From assembly GCA_965200875.1 (NCBI GenBank), contig OZ241456.1:576001-640000 (forward strand): a stretch of 64,000 nucleotides of DNA, given 5' to 3'. Below the pieces are notes generated by a model, which was given only the letters and a program-made list of their open reading frames with translations, made no database searches and had not been told where the DNA came from. Of the stretch, positions 19,775-30,377 are shown piece by piece. The number at the start of each line of letters is the position of its first letter. The stretch's first letter is position 1. Made by a program: the position numbers and the translations under genes. This stretch comes from Bdellovibrionales bacterium. Its GTDB lineage: Bacteria; Bdellovibrionota; Bdellovibrionia; Bdellovibrionales; UBA1609.

Positions 19775-20833
19775 TTAAGGTTGTTCCAACATTAATTCCC
19801 GGATAGTGGAAACTATATCATCCGCTTGTGGAACAGTGGCTTTTTCCAAGTTGGGATGAAGACCAATACCTGGTAGATTTTTACCTGCCAACACACGAGG
19901 AGCGGAATATAAAGAGTAAAAACATTCTTGGCCTGCTCTATAGGCTAAATGTTCCGCAAAGTTACTGACCTCTGTATCCTCATTTACAAACAACACCCTC
20001 TTGGTTTTTAAAATGGAAGTTTTGATCAAATTCCAGTCATAAGGGTAAATGGATCTCATATCAATTAACTCCACCCCTGTTTTTTCTTTATCTGTCAGTT
20101 TTTCCAGAGCTTTGCGACATAAATACAAAGAACGGCCAAAACTCACCACTGTCAATGAAGAACCTGATTGAATCACCTGACCTTTACCGATAGGTATGCT
20201 GTATTTTTCCAACTTTGGCCACTGTGGTTCCCAGTCTTGTCGATCGCCTAAAGGTGCGTCTATCATTTTTCGTAATTGATTTTCATCTTCAGGTTCTCCA
20301 GGAATTTTATCCTTCCCTTTAACCCGCAACAACGCCTTGGGTTTCAAGTACAATACTGGGTTTGGATTTTCAATAGCTGATAACATAAGGCCGTAAGCAG
20401 ACAAAGGATCTGAAGGCATTACTATTTGCCAGCCAGGTAAACGGCTTGCCCAGGATTCAAAACTGTGGCTGTGATAAATGGAACCATGAATACCAGCACC
20501 TGTTGGAGTCATTAATACAAAAGGAAGAGCATATTGTCCGTTTGAAGACCACAGACAATTTCCTGCTAGTTTTAAAAGATCAATCGTATTAAAAATGTAA
20601 TCGGCAAACTGCACTTCTGCCACAGAGCGTTCACCTGTAAGAGCAATACCAATAGCTGTGCCTACGATACCTCTTTCATCTAAAGGTGTGTTCCATGCTG
20701 TTTTTAAGCCTTGAGTGGCTGTAAACACTCCACCTAAAGGGGGGCCTACATCCTGGCCAAAAATGTCTTTCAGCTGGAGATGTTTCTCTCCATAATGCAA
20801 AGCCATTCTAATCGCTTGTGCCATGTTAGCCAT
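19775..20833 (-). CDS. 2-oxoacid (probably branched-chain) dehydrogenase E1 beta
   Basis: FGQDVG, NTPLDERG, EVQFADY, HSHSFE, ELIDMRS. Confidence 0.92.
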   Translation of the reverse strand: MANMAQAIRMALHYGEKHLQLKDIFGQDVGPPLGGVFTATQGLKTAWNTPLDERGIVGTAIGIALTGERSVAEVQFADYIFNTIDLLKLAGNCLWSSNGQYALPFVLMTPTGAGIHGSIYHSHSFESWASRLPGWQIVMPSDPLSAYGLMLSAIENPNPVLYLKPKALLRVKGKDKIPGEPEDENQLRKMIDAPLGDRQDWEPQWPKLEKYSIPIGKGQVIQSGSSLTVVSFGRSLYLCRKALEKLTDKEKTGVELIDMRSIYPYDWNLIKTSILKTKRVLFVNEDTEVSNFAEHLAYRAGQECFYSLYSAPRVLAGKNLPGIGLHPNLEKATVPQADDIVSTIRELMLEQP

Positions 20834-20907
20834 ATTGTTTTTCAGGTTGCACTACAGAACTGGTTTGTATGCAATGAATACCCGATCCCCTTTCAACCAC
20901 TTATGTT

Positions 20908-21915
20908 TCAAAATTTTCTCCAATCGGCATTTTCACCATTTGCGTATACATGATTCCATATAGAGTCCGGTGCAGGATCTTTTTCCTGTTGAACTTCCCG
21001 TTGAATATTTTTAGCTTCTTCCTTTAAAGACTCCCATGTATTTTTTTGCTCTTTTTCTGTAAGCAAATTCATTTTTTTTAATTTTTTTTCGAACAAGGCA
21101 ATACAACACACTTCACTTTTCTTGTAATTAGCACCATCTGCGGAGGAATGCCCGTATAAACGAGATACAAAAGCCTCCATTAAAACCGGATAACGTGTCT
21201 CGCGGATATATTGCATTTTCTCTTTTAAGGTAATATAAGTTTCAATGGGGTCATTGCCATTGATCAACACTGTTTCCATATTAAAGGCTTTTCCTCGATC
21301 CACGATATGTGTTTCTCCATGTTGACCTTTGTAAGCAGTGGAAATGCCCCACTTGTTGTTTTGAACCGTAATAAGCATGGGTAGAGGACGATTCGGTTTG
21401 GAAGCCCATACCAAGCAAGTGGCAAAGTCCCCTTCCGCTGTTCCGGCATCTCCTCCTGTCACAACAGTGATGGCAGAAGTTTGGGAACGGCTTTGAACAT
21501 GGGCTGTGCCCAAGGCCGTGCTGTACTGAGAACCAATAACAGATGTCACGGGTGCTACATTCCACTCAGGTACGCAATAATGATTGGAAAAATTTCTGCC
21601 TCCTGTGTGTTTGTCCGTTGCCTTATTCATAATTAAACGCACTGCCTCTTTCATCGGAAGATCCATTGCCATCAAAGTGGATGTTGCACGATAATGCAGA
21701 TGAAGCCAATCATATTCCAAACCAGAACCTTTTTTGACCAGCAATCCCAATGGAACACCAAAAGCTTCTTCCCCAGGACCTCCTATCCAGAAATAAGCTT
21801 GGCCTTGTTTGTAAATTTGGATCATTCTTTCTTCCAGAACCCGGGATTTCACCATTAAATGATATATTTTCAGTAATGTTTCAGGAGTAATTGATAAATC
21901 AGATGTTTTTTCCAT
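20908..21915 (-). CDS. 2-oxoacid dehydrogenase E1 alpha (TPP-dependent)
   Basis: GGDAGTAEGDF...QNNKWGIS TPP motif; RLYGHSSAD. Confidence 0.92.
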   Translation of the reverse strand: MEKTSDLSITPETLLKIYHLMVKSRVLEERMIQIYKQGQAYFWIGGPGEEAFGVPLGLLVKKGSGLEYDWLHLHYRATSTLMAMDLPMKEAVRLIMNKATDKHTGGRNFSNHYCVPEWNVAPVTSVIGSQYSTALGTAHVQSRSQTSAITVVTGGDAGTAEGDFATCLVWASKPNRPLPMLITVQNNKWGISTAYKGQHGETHIVDRGKAFNMETVLINGNDPIETYITLKEKMQYIRETRYPVLMEAFVSRLYGHSSADGANYKKSEVCCIALFEKKLKKMNLLTEKEQKNTWESLKEEAKNIQREVQQEKDPAPDSIWNHVYANGENADWRKF

Positions 21916-22012
21916 AATTTATTATTTTAATCAGAAAAGTGGTTCTCAGTCCCGACAGGGTTTGTCATTTCTGTAGATGTTCAGTAATTCGTTGACAGAA
22001 TTTAGTTTATTG

Positions 22013-22173
22013 TAGTCGGTCCTGAATAAACGATGAAACTTTGCTATCACTGATTTTTTTATAAAAGGTTTGGGAAAAAATTGCAAGGTTTTACAATAAA
22101 ACCTTTTTTTTCTTGCAAAAAGTGTTAGTGAAAGAAGCTCCTCTTACTAAACGGACTTATTCAAGATCGACTA
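22013..22173. mobile_element. MITE-like element with 17-bp TIRs (second TIR family)
   Basis: tagtcggtcctgaataa ... ttattcaagatcgacta (15/17 inverted match); TA ends. Confidence 0.7.
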
Positions 22174-22258
22174 TTTAATAGACACTTCTGAAGGTCTTGG
22201 TAACTGTAAATTTAATAGACAGCAATAAAGTGACTATTTAATAGACAGCAATAAAGTT
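22170..22258 (+). repeat. Three short direct repeats tttaatagaca(gcaataaagt)
   Basis: Copies at ~22174, 22211 and 22237. Confidence 0.7.
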
Positions 22259-22370
22259 ATCCTTTGGTTTATAAAGCTCCGCGTAAATTATAGTCTTAGC
22301 TTGTCAAATAAGGATATAGTGTTTGAGAATTTAAATATGGAATGCATGAAAGCAAAATCTCAACACCAAG

Positions 22371-22483
22371 TAGTGGTCTTTGAAAGAGTATGTTATTTTG
22401 ACTGGATTCCCGTTTTCACGGGACTGAAAAGCCAACAACTTGGCTGTTCAGTTGATATAAAAAACCTTTTTCACAGGGTACTA
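22371..22483 (+). mobile_element. MITE-like element, type 1 short variant (copy C), followed by a 37-bp duplication of its left end
   Basis: tagtggtctttgaaagagtatgttattttgactggattcccgttttcacggga...tttttcacagggtacta; left end repeated at 22485-22521. Confidence 0.75.
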
Positions 22484-22628
22484 GGTAGTGGTCTTTGAAA
22501 GAGTATGTTATTTTGACTGGACCTTGCAGTGTCTGAAGTTTTAAACTGGAGGAGTTATCTTATTTCAAGTTTTTGTTTCTTTTATTAAAGTCATTGGAAA
22601 GAGGTTCGTCTTTTGTCTCTTTTTTTCA

Positions 22629-23366
22629 ATGTTTTTTTCTGTACCAGTATGGTCTGCGGTTATTCAGTTTCCTGATCAGGAACTGGCTTCAGAATATGTT
22701 TTTCCAATATTTAAAAGTCCAAAGGCAGTATTAAACAGGGATGTTACTTTGACCAACCGGGTTGAGTTGCGTATGTCTGGTGCTTTGAGGACAGATGAGC
22801 CTTTTTACAACCCTTATAGTGCTTTGGCGTCTTTGTCTTTTTATTGGAATGAATCTCATGGAATTGGAATGTCTGGTCTGTTTTTTCTCCCCGGGCTTTC
22901 CAATACGGGAAAGGGATTGAAAGAAATAGGAATAAAGACATCAGATAGACAATCGGTGGACTCTTATTATGATGCGAGTCTGGCTCCTCATCCTTTTATA
23001 GGAGCTTTTTTAAATTATCAATTTTCTCCTTTCTATGGGAAAATCAGTATTACCAAAAGTCTTGTTTTTAATTTTTCTCTGTATTCTTTTTTTGGTTTAG
23101 GGACCCTGGGAATGCAACATGGAGAAGGCAATATTATTATGATTCCAGCCTCTCATTTTGGAATTGGTCAAAGATTTTACTTTAATCGTTATTTTGCCTT
23201 GGATGGAGGGATTGATTTTCTGATATATCATGCTCCTAATCCTGTATATGAAGGCATTAAGTGGACGCCCTCTCAACAGCGCCCGGCGCGCCCAGAGTAT
23301 GACAAATTTGAAAAAGATATTTTTCTGAGATTTTTAGCTCGTATTGGAATAACAGTGCTTTTATGA
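22629..23366 (+). CDS. Outer membrane beta-barrel, GltA/GltB-like
   Basis: Beta-barrel pattern, FSPFYGKIS motif; first gene of the glt cluster. Confidence 0.75.
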   Translation: MFFSVPVWSAVIQFPDQELASEYVFPIFKSPKAVLNRDVTLTNRVELRMSGALRTDEPFYNPYSALASLSFYWNESHGIGMSGLFFLPGLSNTGKGLKEIGIKTSDRQSVDSYYDASLAPHPFIGAFLNYQFSPFYGKISITKSLVFNFSLYSFFGLGTLGMQHGEGNIIMIPASHFGIGQRFYFNRYFALDGGIDFLIYHAPNPVYEGIKWTPSQQRPARPEYDKFEKDIFLRFLARIGITVLL

Positions 23367-24157
23367 AGTGGAGTGACATGAGAAAGAAAGTGATAATAGT
23401 AAAAACAATCTTATTCATGTTGTTTGTTCTTGCTGTTCCTGTTTTGTCTTGTGCTCAAGAAGGAACATATAATGAAGAAGAGATAGATTCCCCTGATGAG
23501 ACCTTTTTGAACAGAGTGAAAGCTCTCAATGCCAAAAAATTATCTGATTTGGTGTATCTTTCTCCTTTTTCTGATGTGGCTGTTATTCAACGGCGGTTTA
23601 TGCCAAAAACCGGTCGTGTATCCGCTTCTTTATCGTCCGCTTTTATTTTAAGCAGTGAATACTTTTTAAATCCAGGGGTGGAAGGACATTTAAGTTATCA
23701 TTTTTTAGAAAAGCACGGCATAGAATTAAGCGGTTATTATGTTTTAACTTTTAATCGAGGAGTGACAAATAATTTAGCCACCATTGGTGCTAATGTGTCT
23801 GAAACACTGCCTATTGCCAATACTTTTTTCGGATTAACTTATAAATGGATGCCAGTTTATGGAAAGATTGCTTTTTATAATAAAAGTATTTTGGCTTTTG
23901 ACACTTTTTTTAACTTGGGTTTGGGTATGAGTGGAATTAATAAAAAGAGATCCAAAAACGAGAGAGTGGTAGTTTGGGAACCAACTGTTATCGCTGGTAT
24001 TGGTCAAGTATTCGCCATTACAAGAGACTTGGGACTGAGATGGGATCTGAGATGGAATATGACCATTGAAACCCAAAGTGCAAATGTGACTGTTTTGAAT
24101 AATATTTTATTTTCCCTTGGGTTCAGTTATTATTATCCATCTGCGGGGTTGAGATGA
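23363..24157 (+). CDS. Outer membrane beta-barrel, GltA/GltB-like
   Basis: AVIQRRFMPKTGR, WMPVYGKI, FDTFFNLGLG, C-terminal aromatic residues. Confidence 0.8.
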   Translation: MKWSDMRKKVIIVKTILFMLFVLAVPVLSCAQEGTYNEEEIDSPDETFLNRVKALNAKKLSDLVYLSPFSDVAVIQRRFMPKTGRVSASLSSAFILSSEYFLNPGVEGHLSYHFLEKHGIELSGYYVLTFNRGVTNNLATIGANVSETLPIANTFFGLTYKWMPVYGKIAFYNKSILAFDTFFNLGLGMSGINKKRSKNERVVVWEPTVIAGIGQVFAITRDLGLRWDLRWNMTIETQSANVTVLNNILFSLGFSYYYPSAGLR

Positions 24158-25698
24158 AGAAGGTTGTTTCAAGTGTTTTTTTGAGTTTGATTTTATGTGT
24201 TTCTTTTTCTGTGGAAGGAAAAAGAAAACAAACATTAGGGGATAAACGTCGAAGACAAGTGGGTGCTTTTGTTCAATTAAAACGTGCCCTGAGGCAGTCT
24301 GCTCAGGGAAATTATGTGCTTTCCACAAAAACTTTGTTTCGTTTGATGTACAAGCCAGTTTTATCTAAGCAAAAAAATAAAATCAGATATCATTTGGCTT
24401 TGAACTTGTACAATATGGGTTTGTATCATCCCGCTATCTTTCAATTTCAGAATTTAGTTTCCAGAAAGGCTCCAGGGTATGTGGGAAAAAGTTTGCAAAA
24501 AATTGCGTTGGTGGCCGCTCATTTGAAAGATGATAAGCTTTTAAATCATGCTATTTCTCACGGAAGCTTAAAATATATCTCCCGTAAAGAGCGCAGTAAA
24601 TTACATTATCATTTCGGTGAATATTGGATGCGAAAAAAAAATTTTCGAAGAGCTATTGCTCACTTCTCCCGTGTTAAATCTACCAGTCCTTTTCTTTATA
24701 AAGCACTTTATCAGATGGGTCTGGCTCAAGCGGAGCGGAATCGTGTCAAGCAGGCAATTAGAATTTTCGATAAATTGGAAAATCGCCGAACGGGAGTGAC
24801 AGACAGTTTTCGAATAGCCGCTCTTATGGGAAAAGCCAGAGCTTATTATCAAGGTGGGGAATGGGAGAAATCCGCTATGGCTTATCAGCAAGTTCCGAAA
24901 GACTCTCCCTTATGGCATGATACTTTGTTGGAAAAAAGCTGGGCCCTTTTAAGAGGGGGGAAATTGCGCTCAGCTTTGAGTAATTTTCAAACCCTGCACT
25001 CTTCCTATTACGAAGGATATTACCAACCAGAGTCCTTACTGTTGCGATCTATTATTTATCTTCATATTTGTAAATACTATGAAATGGAAAAAGTATTGGA
25101 TTTATTTCATCGTATTTATCGCTCCACTTATACACAAGTAAAAAATATTATTGCCAATCACCATTCCTTAAAATCTTATTATCAATCATTAATTCTTTCT
25201 ATGGATGGCAAAAATCGGGCTGGCATTATTCAGTATCCTTTGCCTGTGACCCGGCGAATTTCAAGAGAAGGGGATTTTTCGGCTCTTCATCATTATATCA
25301 CGAAGCTGAAAGAGGAGCGGGATTTGATTTATCAGCTACCATATTCCTGGCGCAGATCCATGGTTGGCAAATATTCCACAAAATTAATAAAAAAAAGACT
25401 CAATAATGCTCAAAGGAAAGCGGGTCGTCGTGCACTGTCACACTTGAAAGTGATTCGCGCAGAATTGAAAGGTTTTTTTACTCAAGAACAATATTTACGA
25501 TATGAAATGCTGAGAAGCAAAAGGGGTTTTTTGAAGAAAAAAATTGCTCAAAAGAAAACGACAGGTGTCAATATTGAGGACTTTGATCGGAGCTTTTATA
25601 TTCAAAATGGTTATGAATATTGGCCTTTTCAAGGAGAATATTGGCTGGATGAGCTTGGAAATTATCACTACATAGGTATGGGAAGTTGTAAAAAATAA
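24154..25698 (+). CDS. gltC: GltC-like TPR protein
   Basis: TPRs; C-terminal EYWPFQGEYWLDELGNY..C motif. Confidence 0.75.
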   Translation: MKKVVSSVFLSLILCVSFSVEGKRKQTLGDKRRRQVGAFVQLKRALRQSAQGNYVLSTKTLFRLMYKPVLSKQKNKIRYHLALNLYNMGLYHPAIFQFQNLVSRKAPGYVGKSLQKIALVAAHLKDDKLLNHAISHGSLKYISRKERSKLHYHFGEYWMRKKNFRRAIAHFSRVKSTSPFLYKALYQMGLAQAERNRVKQAIRIFDKLENRRTGVTDSFRIAALMGKARAYYQGGEWEKSAMAYQQVPKDSPLWHDTLLEKSWALLRGGKLRSALSNFQTLHSSYYEGYYQPESLLLRSIIYLHICKYYEMEKVLDLFHRIYRSTYTQVKNIIANHHSLKSYYQSLILSMDGKNRAGIIQYPLPVTRRISREGDFSALHHYITKLKEERDLIYQLPYSWRRSMVGKYSTKLIKKRLNNAQRKAGRRALSHLKVIRAELKGFFTQEQYLRYEMLRSKRGFLKKKIAQKKTTGVNIEDFDRSFYIQNGYEYWPFQGEYWLDELGNYHYIGMGSCKK

Positions 25699-25725
25699 GG
25701 AAATGGTTTTTCATTTTCAGGTAGG

Positions 25726-28700
25726 ATGTTTATGATGTTTAAAATTAATTTGTGGATTTTATACGCAGTTTTTGTGTTTTTTCCTTTTACCGGGGTGTCA
25801 GCTGTTACGAAAAACGAGCCGAATGTATCCCCGCTTCAGCCTGAAATGTCATCAGAGGACACAGAAGGCAGAGCACCGGCAAATCGGCGAAAAAAAGTGA
25901 AAAAATTTGGAATCAAAAAAAGAGCAGTCGCTGTGCCCAAAGCCCGGAGGATTGAAAAAATTCAGCAGCGACAGGCTATCAAAGTGGCAGAACCACCTCG
26001 AAAGTTCAGAAGATATTTCGAAGCTGGAACAGATGAAGCGGAACTGGAATCAGTTATTAATCAGGAGATCAATCAGCTTTTTAATCTTTTAAAGAACAGT
26101 AAGCGCCGTGATCTGCGGTTGCGGTTAGGTAGTTTGTATATTGAAAAAGCTCGTTTAATTGAATATCGGTTGTATGAAAAATACGATCAACAAATGACTC
26201 ACTTTCAGAATAAAAAAAGAAAAAGCAAACCTCGTCTCAATTTAAGGCCCACTTATGTATATATTAATAAAGCCATTAAGCTGTTTGAAACTTATCGCAG
26301 ACAGTTTCCGAAAGATAAAAATATGGATCAGGTTTTATTTTTTTTAGGGGTCAGTTACTTTAAAAGGGGGCAACTGGAAAAAGGCCGTGTTCGGTATGAA
26401 ACTTTAATAAGAAGATTTCCAAAAAGTGATTATGTAAATGATGTGAACTTTGAACTGGGAGAGTATTACTTTAATAAATCCAAGTGGAAAAAAGCGACTG
26501 ATTATTATAGAAAGATAGCGTCCAGTCGCCGGCAAAGGCTTTATTCTTTTGCTCTTTATAAAGTGGCATGGTGTCGGCTGAAAATGGGACAGGAAGGGAG
26601 AGCACTGGCCAACTTGGAAGCTGTTATCAGAGAGGGCGCGCGCCACAGAACCAGAAAACAGATGGGTGCAGAAAGTTCTGGCCGGTTGTATTTTGCGAAT
26701 GAAGCTTTGGGAGATATGGCACTTTTCTACAGTCATTCCCGTAGAAAACCGGAGATGGCTTTGTCGTATTTTCAAAAAATGTCAGAAAGTTCTAGCAAAG
26801 CCCTTAAGATGCTAAAAGATTTGGCTTACATTTATTTGGATCGTGGTGATCTCAAAGGAGTGCGTATGGCCTTTAAACAGCTTATCAGGGAAGAGCCTTC
26901 TTCTCCACAGGCTTATGATTATCAATATCAGATTATTCGTGCTCATACTTACGCCGGAAGCCGGCAGGTTTTTTTAAAAGAATTGAAGCATTGGATAGTT
27001 CGATATGGTCCCATGAGTGCGTGGTCGCGGGAAAATCAAAACAATCCACAACTAGTCTCAAAAGCTGTTACTCTGATAGAGGAAACTGTTCGTAACTACG
27101 CTTTCCGCATGCACCAGTCCTATCGTAAAACCAAGGATAAAACAGCTAAAGGCCAAGCTCTTTTCAGTTATGATCTTTATAATAGTCATTTTCGGAAATC
27201 AAAATTGGCGGATAAAATGCGATTTTTTTACGCAGAATTACTTTTTGATTTAAAACAATACAAACGAGCGGCCAGACAATATCTTTTTGTCGTGGAGAAT
27301 TTTCCAAAGAGCAAACACTATGAAACAGCCAGTTTGAACAGTGTTTTGACTTTTGAAAAAACTCTCCCTTCTTCAAAAGCTATTAGCAAGTTAGTGGGAA
27401 AGAAAACCAGTTTCACATCTTTTCCTTCATCTGTTCAAGGTTTTCAAAAAGTGGTTCGTTCTTATGCCAGCCGTTTTCCAAAAAAGTCTAATGTACCAGC
27501 TATCTTATATAAGATGGCTTCTCTTCATTATGAGTTTAATCATTATAAACAGGCTTTATCTCAGTTTTGGGATTTGATTCAGAAGTATCCAACCAGCAGA
27601 TATACAGAATATTCCGCTAACCTGATTTTGGATATTTATAATCTGAAAAAGGACTTCCCAGGTTTAAGGCAGGCGGCTATTCGTTTATTGAAAAACAAAG
27701 TAGTTGCCAACTCAGGTTCCGCAAGGGAAATTAGGAAAATTTTAAGTCAGGTCTCCCTTAAAGCGGCTGAAGATCTGGCTAAAAACAAGGAGTATTTCAA
27801 AAGTGCTGTTATGTATAAGTCTTTCGCAGACACGCATCCCAAATCCCCATTACGAGGAACAGCTTACTATAATTCAGCTGTCAATTTTAAAAAGAGCGGG
27901 GATGCTTTGCAAACCCTTTCTCTTTATAAAAGAGTTTTGCAAACCCCATCTTCCAACAAGAGTATACGGAAGACAATTTTAAGGGATATTCCTAGTCTCT
28001 ATCAAAAAACCGGTCAGTACATGAAAGCGGCGGATGCCTTTTCCAATTACGCGCGCTCTTTTCCAAAAGATCGGACTTCTGTGGATTTCTGGTTTAACTC
28101 CGCGCTTATTTATGACGGATTTAATCGTTATGGTTCGGCAGAGCGGGCTTACTTGGAATATTTTAAGAGAAGTAGAAGAACAGAGAAAGTACAGGCTCTT
28201 TTTTTATTGGCGGAGCTTAATAAAAGAAGAGGACGAGCCAATCAAGCAGTGTCTTATTATAATCAATATCTCAACAGAGGTTCTTCTGATAAAAAAGCTC
28301 TGGTGTCTGCTACTTTCAAGATTGCTGAAATTAAAAAAGCGCAGAGGAAAATAGCGCAGTCCAAAACCTGGTATAAACGAACAATTGCCTTGTATAGGAA
28401 GAACAAAGCCGGTGTTTTTTACGCCGCTCAAGCCAAATTTCACCTTGTGTATGATACTTATGTTGAGTTTATCAAGATACGCATTCCGGCCAATCCTAAA
28501 AAACAACAGATAGTTGTTCAAAAGAAATTAAACTTGTTTAATAAACTTAAAGAAGATTTAAAAAAGGTTATCCGCTTTGACAGCGGTTATCAAGTGGTTG
28601 CCAGTTTGGTTTTAATTGGTTTGGCGTCTGAGCATATAGGGGATTCTATTTACAATTCACCTTTGCCCAAGGGTTTAAATGACATGGAAATCAAAAAGTA

Positions 28701-28926
28701 TAAGGAAGGCTTAAAAAAGACAGCTTTGCCTTTTAAACAGGAAGCGGTTAAAAACTATAAACTGGCTGTCAATAGAGCTAGGAAGCTGAGTGCTTATAAT
28801 GAAAAATGGTTGAAAAAATCTGTAGAGAGGCTAAGTGTTTTGGAGGAAAAGTCTTCCATTGCAGTTAATCCTCTTTTGAAAAAAGAAGTTTTACCAGTGA
28901 CTTTGTTTGATTGGTCCGGGGGATAA
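25726..28926 (+). CDS. gltD: Large TPR gliding protein GltD/AgmU-like
   Basis: 1066 aa multi-TPR protein with signal peptide; position in the glt cluster. Confidence 0.78.
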   Translation: MFMMFKINLWILYAVFVFFPFTGVSAVTKNEPNVSPLQPEMSSEDTEGRAPANRRKKVKKFGIKKRAVAVPKARRIEKIQQRQAIKVAEPPRKFRRYFEAGTDEAELESVINQEINQLFNLLKNSKRRDLRLRLGSLYIEKARLIEYRLYEKYDQQMTHFQNKKRKSKPRLNLRPTYVYINKAIKLFETYRRQFPKDKNMDQVLFFLGVSYFKRGQLEKGRVRYETLIRRFPKSDYVNDVNFELGEYYFNKSKWKKATDYYRKIASSRRQRLYSFALYKVAWCRLKMGQEGRALANLEAVIREGARHRTRKQMGAESSGRLYFANEALGDMALFYSHSRRKPEMALSYFQKMSESSSKALKMLKDLAYIYLDRGDLKGVRMAFKQLIREEPSSPQAYDYQYQIIRAHTYAGSRQVFLKELKHWIVRYGPMSAWSRENQNNPQLVSKAVTLIEETVRNYAFRMHQSYRKTKDKTAKGQALFSYDLYNSHFRKSKLADKMRFFYAELLFDLKQYKRAARQYLFVVENFPKSKHYETASLNSVLTFEKTLPSSKAISKLVGKKTSFTSFPSSVQGFQKVVRSYASRFPKKSNVPAILYKMASLHYEFNHYKQALSQFWDLIQKYPTSRYTEYSANLILDIYNLKKDFPGLRQAAIRLLKNKVVANSGSAREIRKILSQVSLKAAEDLAKNKEYFKSAVMYKSFADTHPKSPLRGTAYYNSAVNFKKSGDALQTLSLYKRVLQTPSSNKSIRKTILRDIPSLYQKTGQYMKAADAFSNYARSFPKDRTSVDFWFNSALIYDGFNRYGSAERAYLEYFKRSRRTEKVQALFLLAELNKRRGRANQAVSYYNQYLNRGSSDKKALVSATFKIAEIKKAQRKIAQSKTWYKRTIALYRKNKAGVFYAAQAKFHLVYDTYVEFIKIRIPANPKKQQIVVQKKLNLFNKLKEDLKKVIRFDSGYQVVASLVLIGLASEHIGDSIYNSPLPKGLNDMEIKKYKEGLKKTALPFKQEAVKNYKLAVNRARKLSAYNEKWLKKSVERLSVLEEKSSIAVNPLLKKEVLPVTLFDWSGG

Positions 28927-28941
28927 TATGGAGTATAAGAT

Positions 28942-29946
28942 ATGATGGATTTAATAACCCGCTATCGTATTCTTTGTTGTTTTGGTACGCATTTTGTTTG
29001 CAAGATGAGAATCATTACTTGTTTGTTTAAGAGTCGTGTAGTTTTTACTTGCTTGGCCGGATTGGCGATCTTGTTGATTTCTTTGAACCCTGTTTTTGCG
29101 GAGTTTGTGGATGATGATGAAATAGTTGTTGACGATAGAACAAGTAATCGCCGTGATAGCGGTGACGATGATGATGCAAAGGAGAATCGAGCGTATCGGG
29201 AACAGCAGAAAATGAAGCAATGGTTAAAACAGTTGCAGGCTCTCAAAAGAAGTAAAAAAGAGGATAGATTGGTCAGTCTGGTTTCTAAAATTTTAAACAA
29301 GTCTGCCAACAATATTCAGGCTTTAAATACTTTGGGGGTGTTTTATTTGCGGAATGGAAAAACCCAGCTTGCAAAAATTATTTTTACTCGTGCTTTAAAG
29401 AAACACCCAAAAAACTCCTCTTTGCACGCTAATTTGGCTATTATTGCTTTGAAAGAGGGGAAGCCGGAAGAAGCTGTAAAAGGGTTTCAAAAAAGTTTGG
29501 ACTACAGATATAACAATTATTCAGCAGCAGCTAACTTGGGAACTCTCTATATGAAAGCTTATGAGTATGATTCGGCTTTGGAGTACCTGAGTCTGGCATA
29601 CAGTAGAGCAAAACTGAAGTTATCTTTAAACCATCGTGAAGTGGTAAAGACAGGAAATAACTATGCTGTAGCCTTGGCTTGGTCTGGGAATTTTAAAAAA
29701 TCAGAAGATATTTTCGAGGAATTAATTAAAAAAAATCCTGGATCGGTAGAGCTTTTGTTAAACTATGCTATACTTTTAGGGAAAGATATGAAGAAAAGAG
29801 AGGAGTCCTATCGTTTTTTACAGAAAGCTGATATGATGGACAAATCAGGTCGTTACGCGCGAAAGATAAAAGCTTTGAGAGAACATTTAAAAAAAGGCAA
29901 CAAAGTGGCTAAACAGAAGTTTCTTTACTTGGCCCGTATTTATTAA
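28942..29946 (+). CDS. gltE: TPR protein GltE/AglT-like (true start may be downstream)
   Basis: TPRs (ALNTLGVFYL, AAANLGTLYM); follows gltD. Confidence 0.7.
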   Translation: MMDLITRYRILCCFGTHFVCKMRIITCLFKSRVVFTCLAGLAILLISLNPVFAEFVDDDEIVVDDRTSNRRDSGDDDDAKENRAYREQQKMKQWLKQLQALKRSKKEDRLVSLVSKILNKSANNIQALNTLGVFYLRNGKTQLAKIIFTRALKKHPKNSSLHANLAIIALKEGKPEEAVKGFQKSLDYRYNNYSAAANLGTLYMKAYEYDSALEYLSLAYSRAKLKLSLNHREVVKTGNNYAVALAWSGNFKKSEDIFEELIKKNPGSVELLLNYAILLGKDMKKREESYRFLQKADMMDKSGRYARKIKALREHLKKGNKVAKQKFLYLARIY

Positions 29947-29952
29947 AAGAAG

Positions 29953-30261
29953 ATGTGGAACATAAACATAGGAGCTTTCCTTATGAAAAAATGTAAGTCA
30001 TTGTTATATTGGTTATTAGGTGTCATTTTGCTTTCATCTTTATTTTGTATTTCCAGTATGGCTGAGGCTCAGCAAAAAAAGAAAAGAAAAAGAAGTAAAA
30101 GAGTAGTAATTGATTTTCAAGATGAGCTGTTGGAGGGAAGTGTGTCCAACCCCAGTATTTTTCATTTATTTCATAAAAAACAAATGAACTATGGACGATT
30201 AATAAAACTCAGAAAAAACTTTTTGCCAGAGATGAGAAGAACAGCACGCGAGATAAAATAA
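29953..30261 (+). CDS. gltF: GltF/CglF-like small secreted protein
   Basis: IDFQDELLEG..NP and LIKLRKNFLPEM motifs. Confidence 0.78.
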   Translation: MWNINIGAFLMKKCKSLLYWLLGVILLSSLFCISSMAEAQQKKKRKRSKRVVIDFQDELLEGSVSNPSIFHLFHKKQMNYGRLIKLRKNFLPEMRRTAREIK

Positions 30262-30377
30262 GTGTTTAGTTTAAGTGTAAAACAGATGGTTCTGCTGATC
30301 TTTTTAAGGCACTTCCTGTGTGTGGTTATGAAAATCAGAGCTTTCAATTTTGAAAAGTAAAAAAGAAAGAGGAAATT

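Noticed and set aside
22170..22521. CRISPR array
   Set aside because: Repeats are short or only duplicated, spacing is irregular, there are no unique spacers of constant length and no cas genes.
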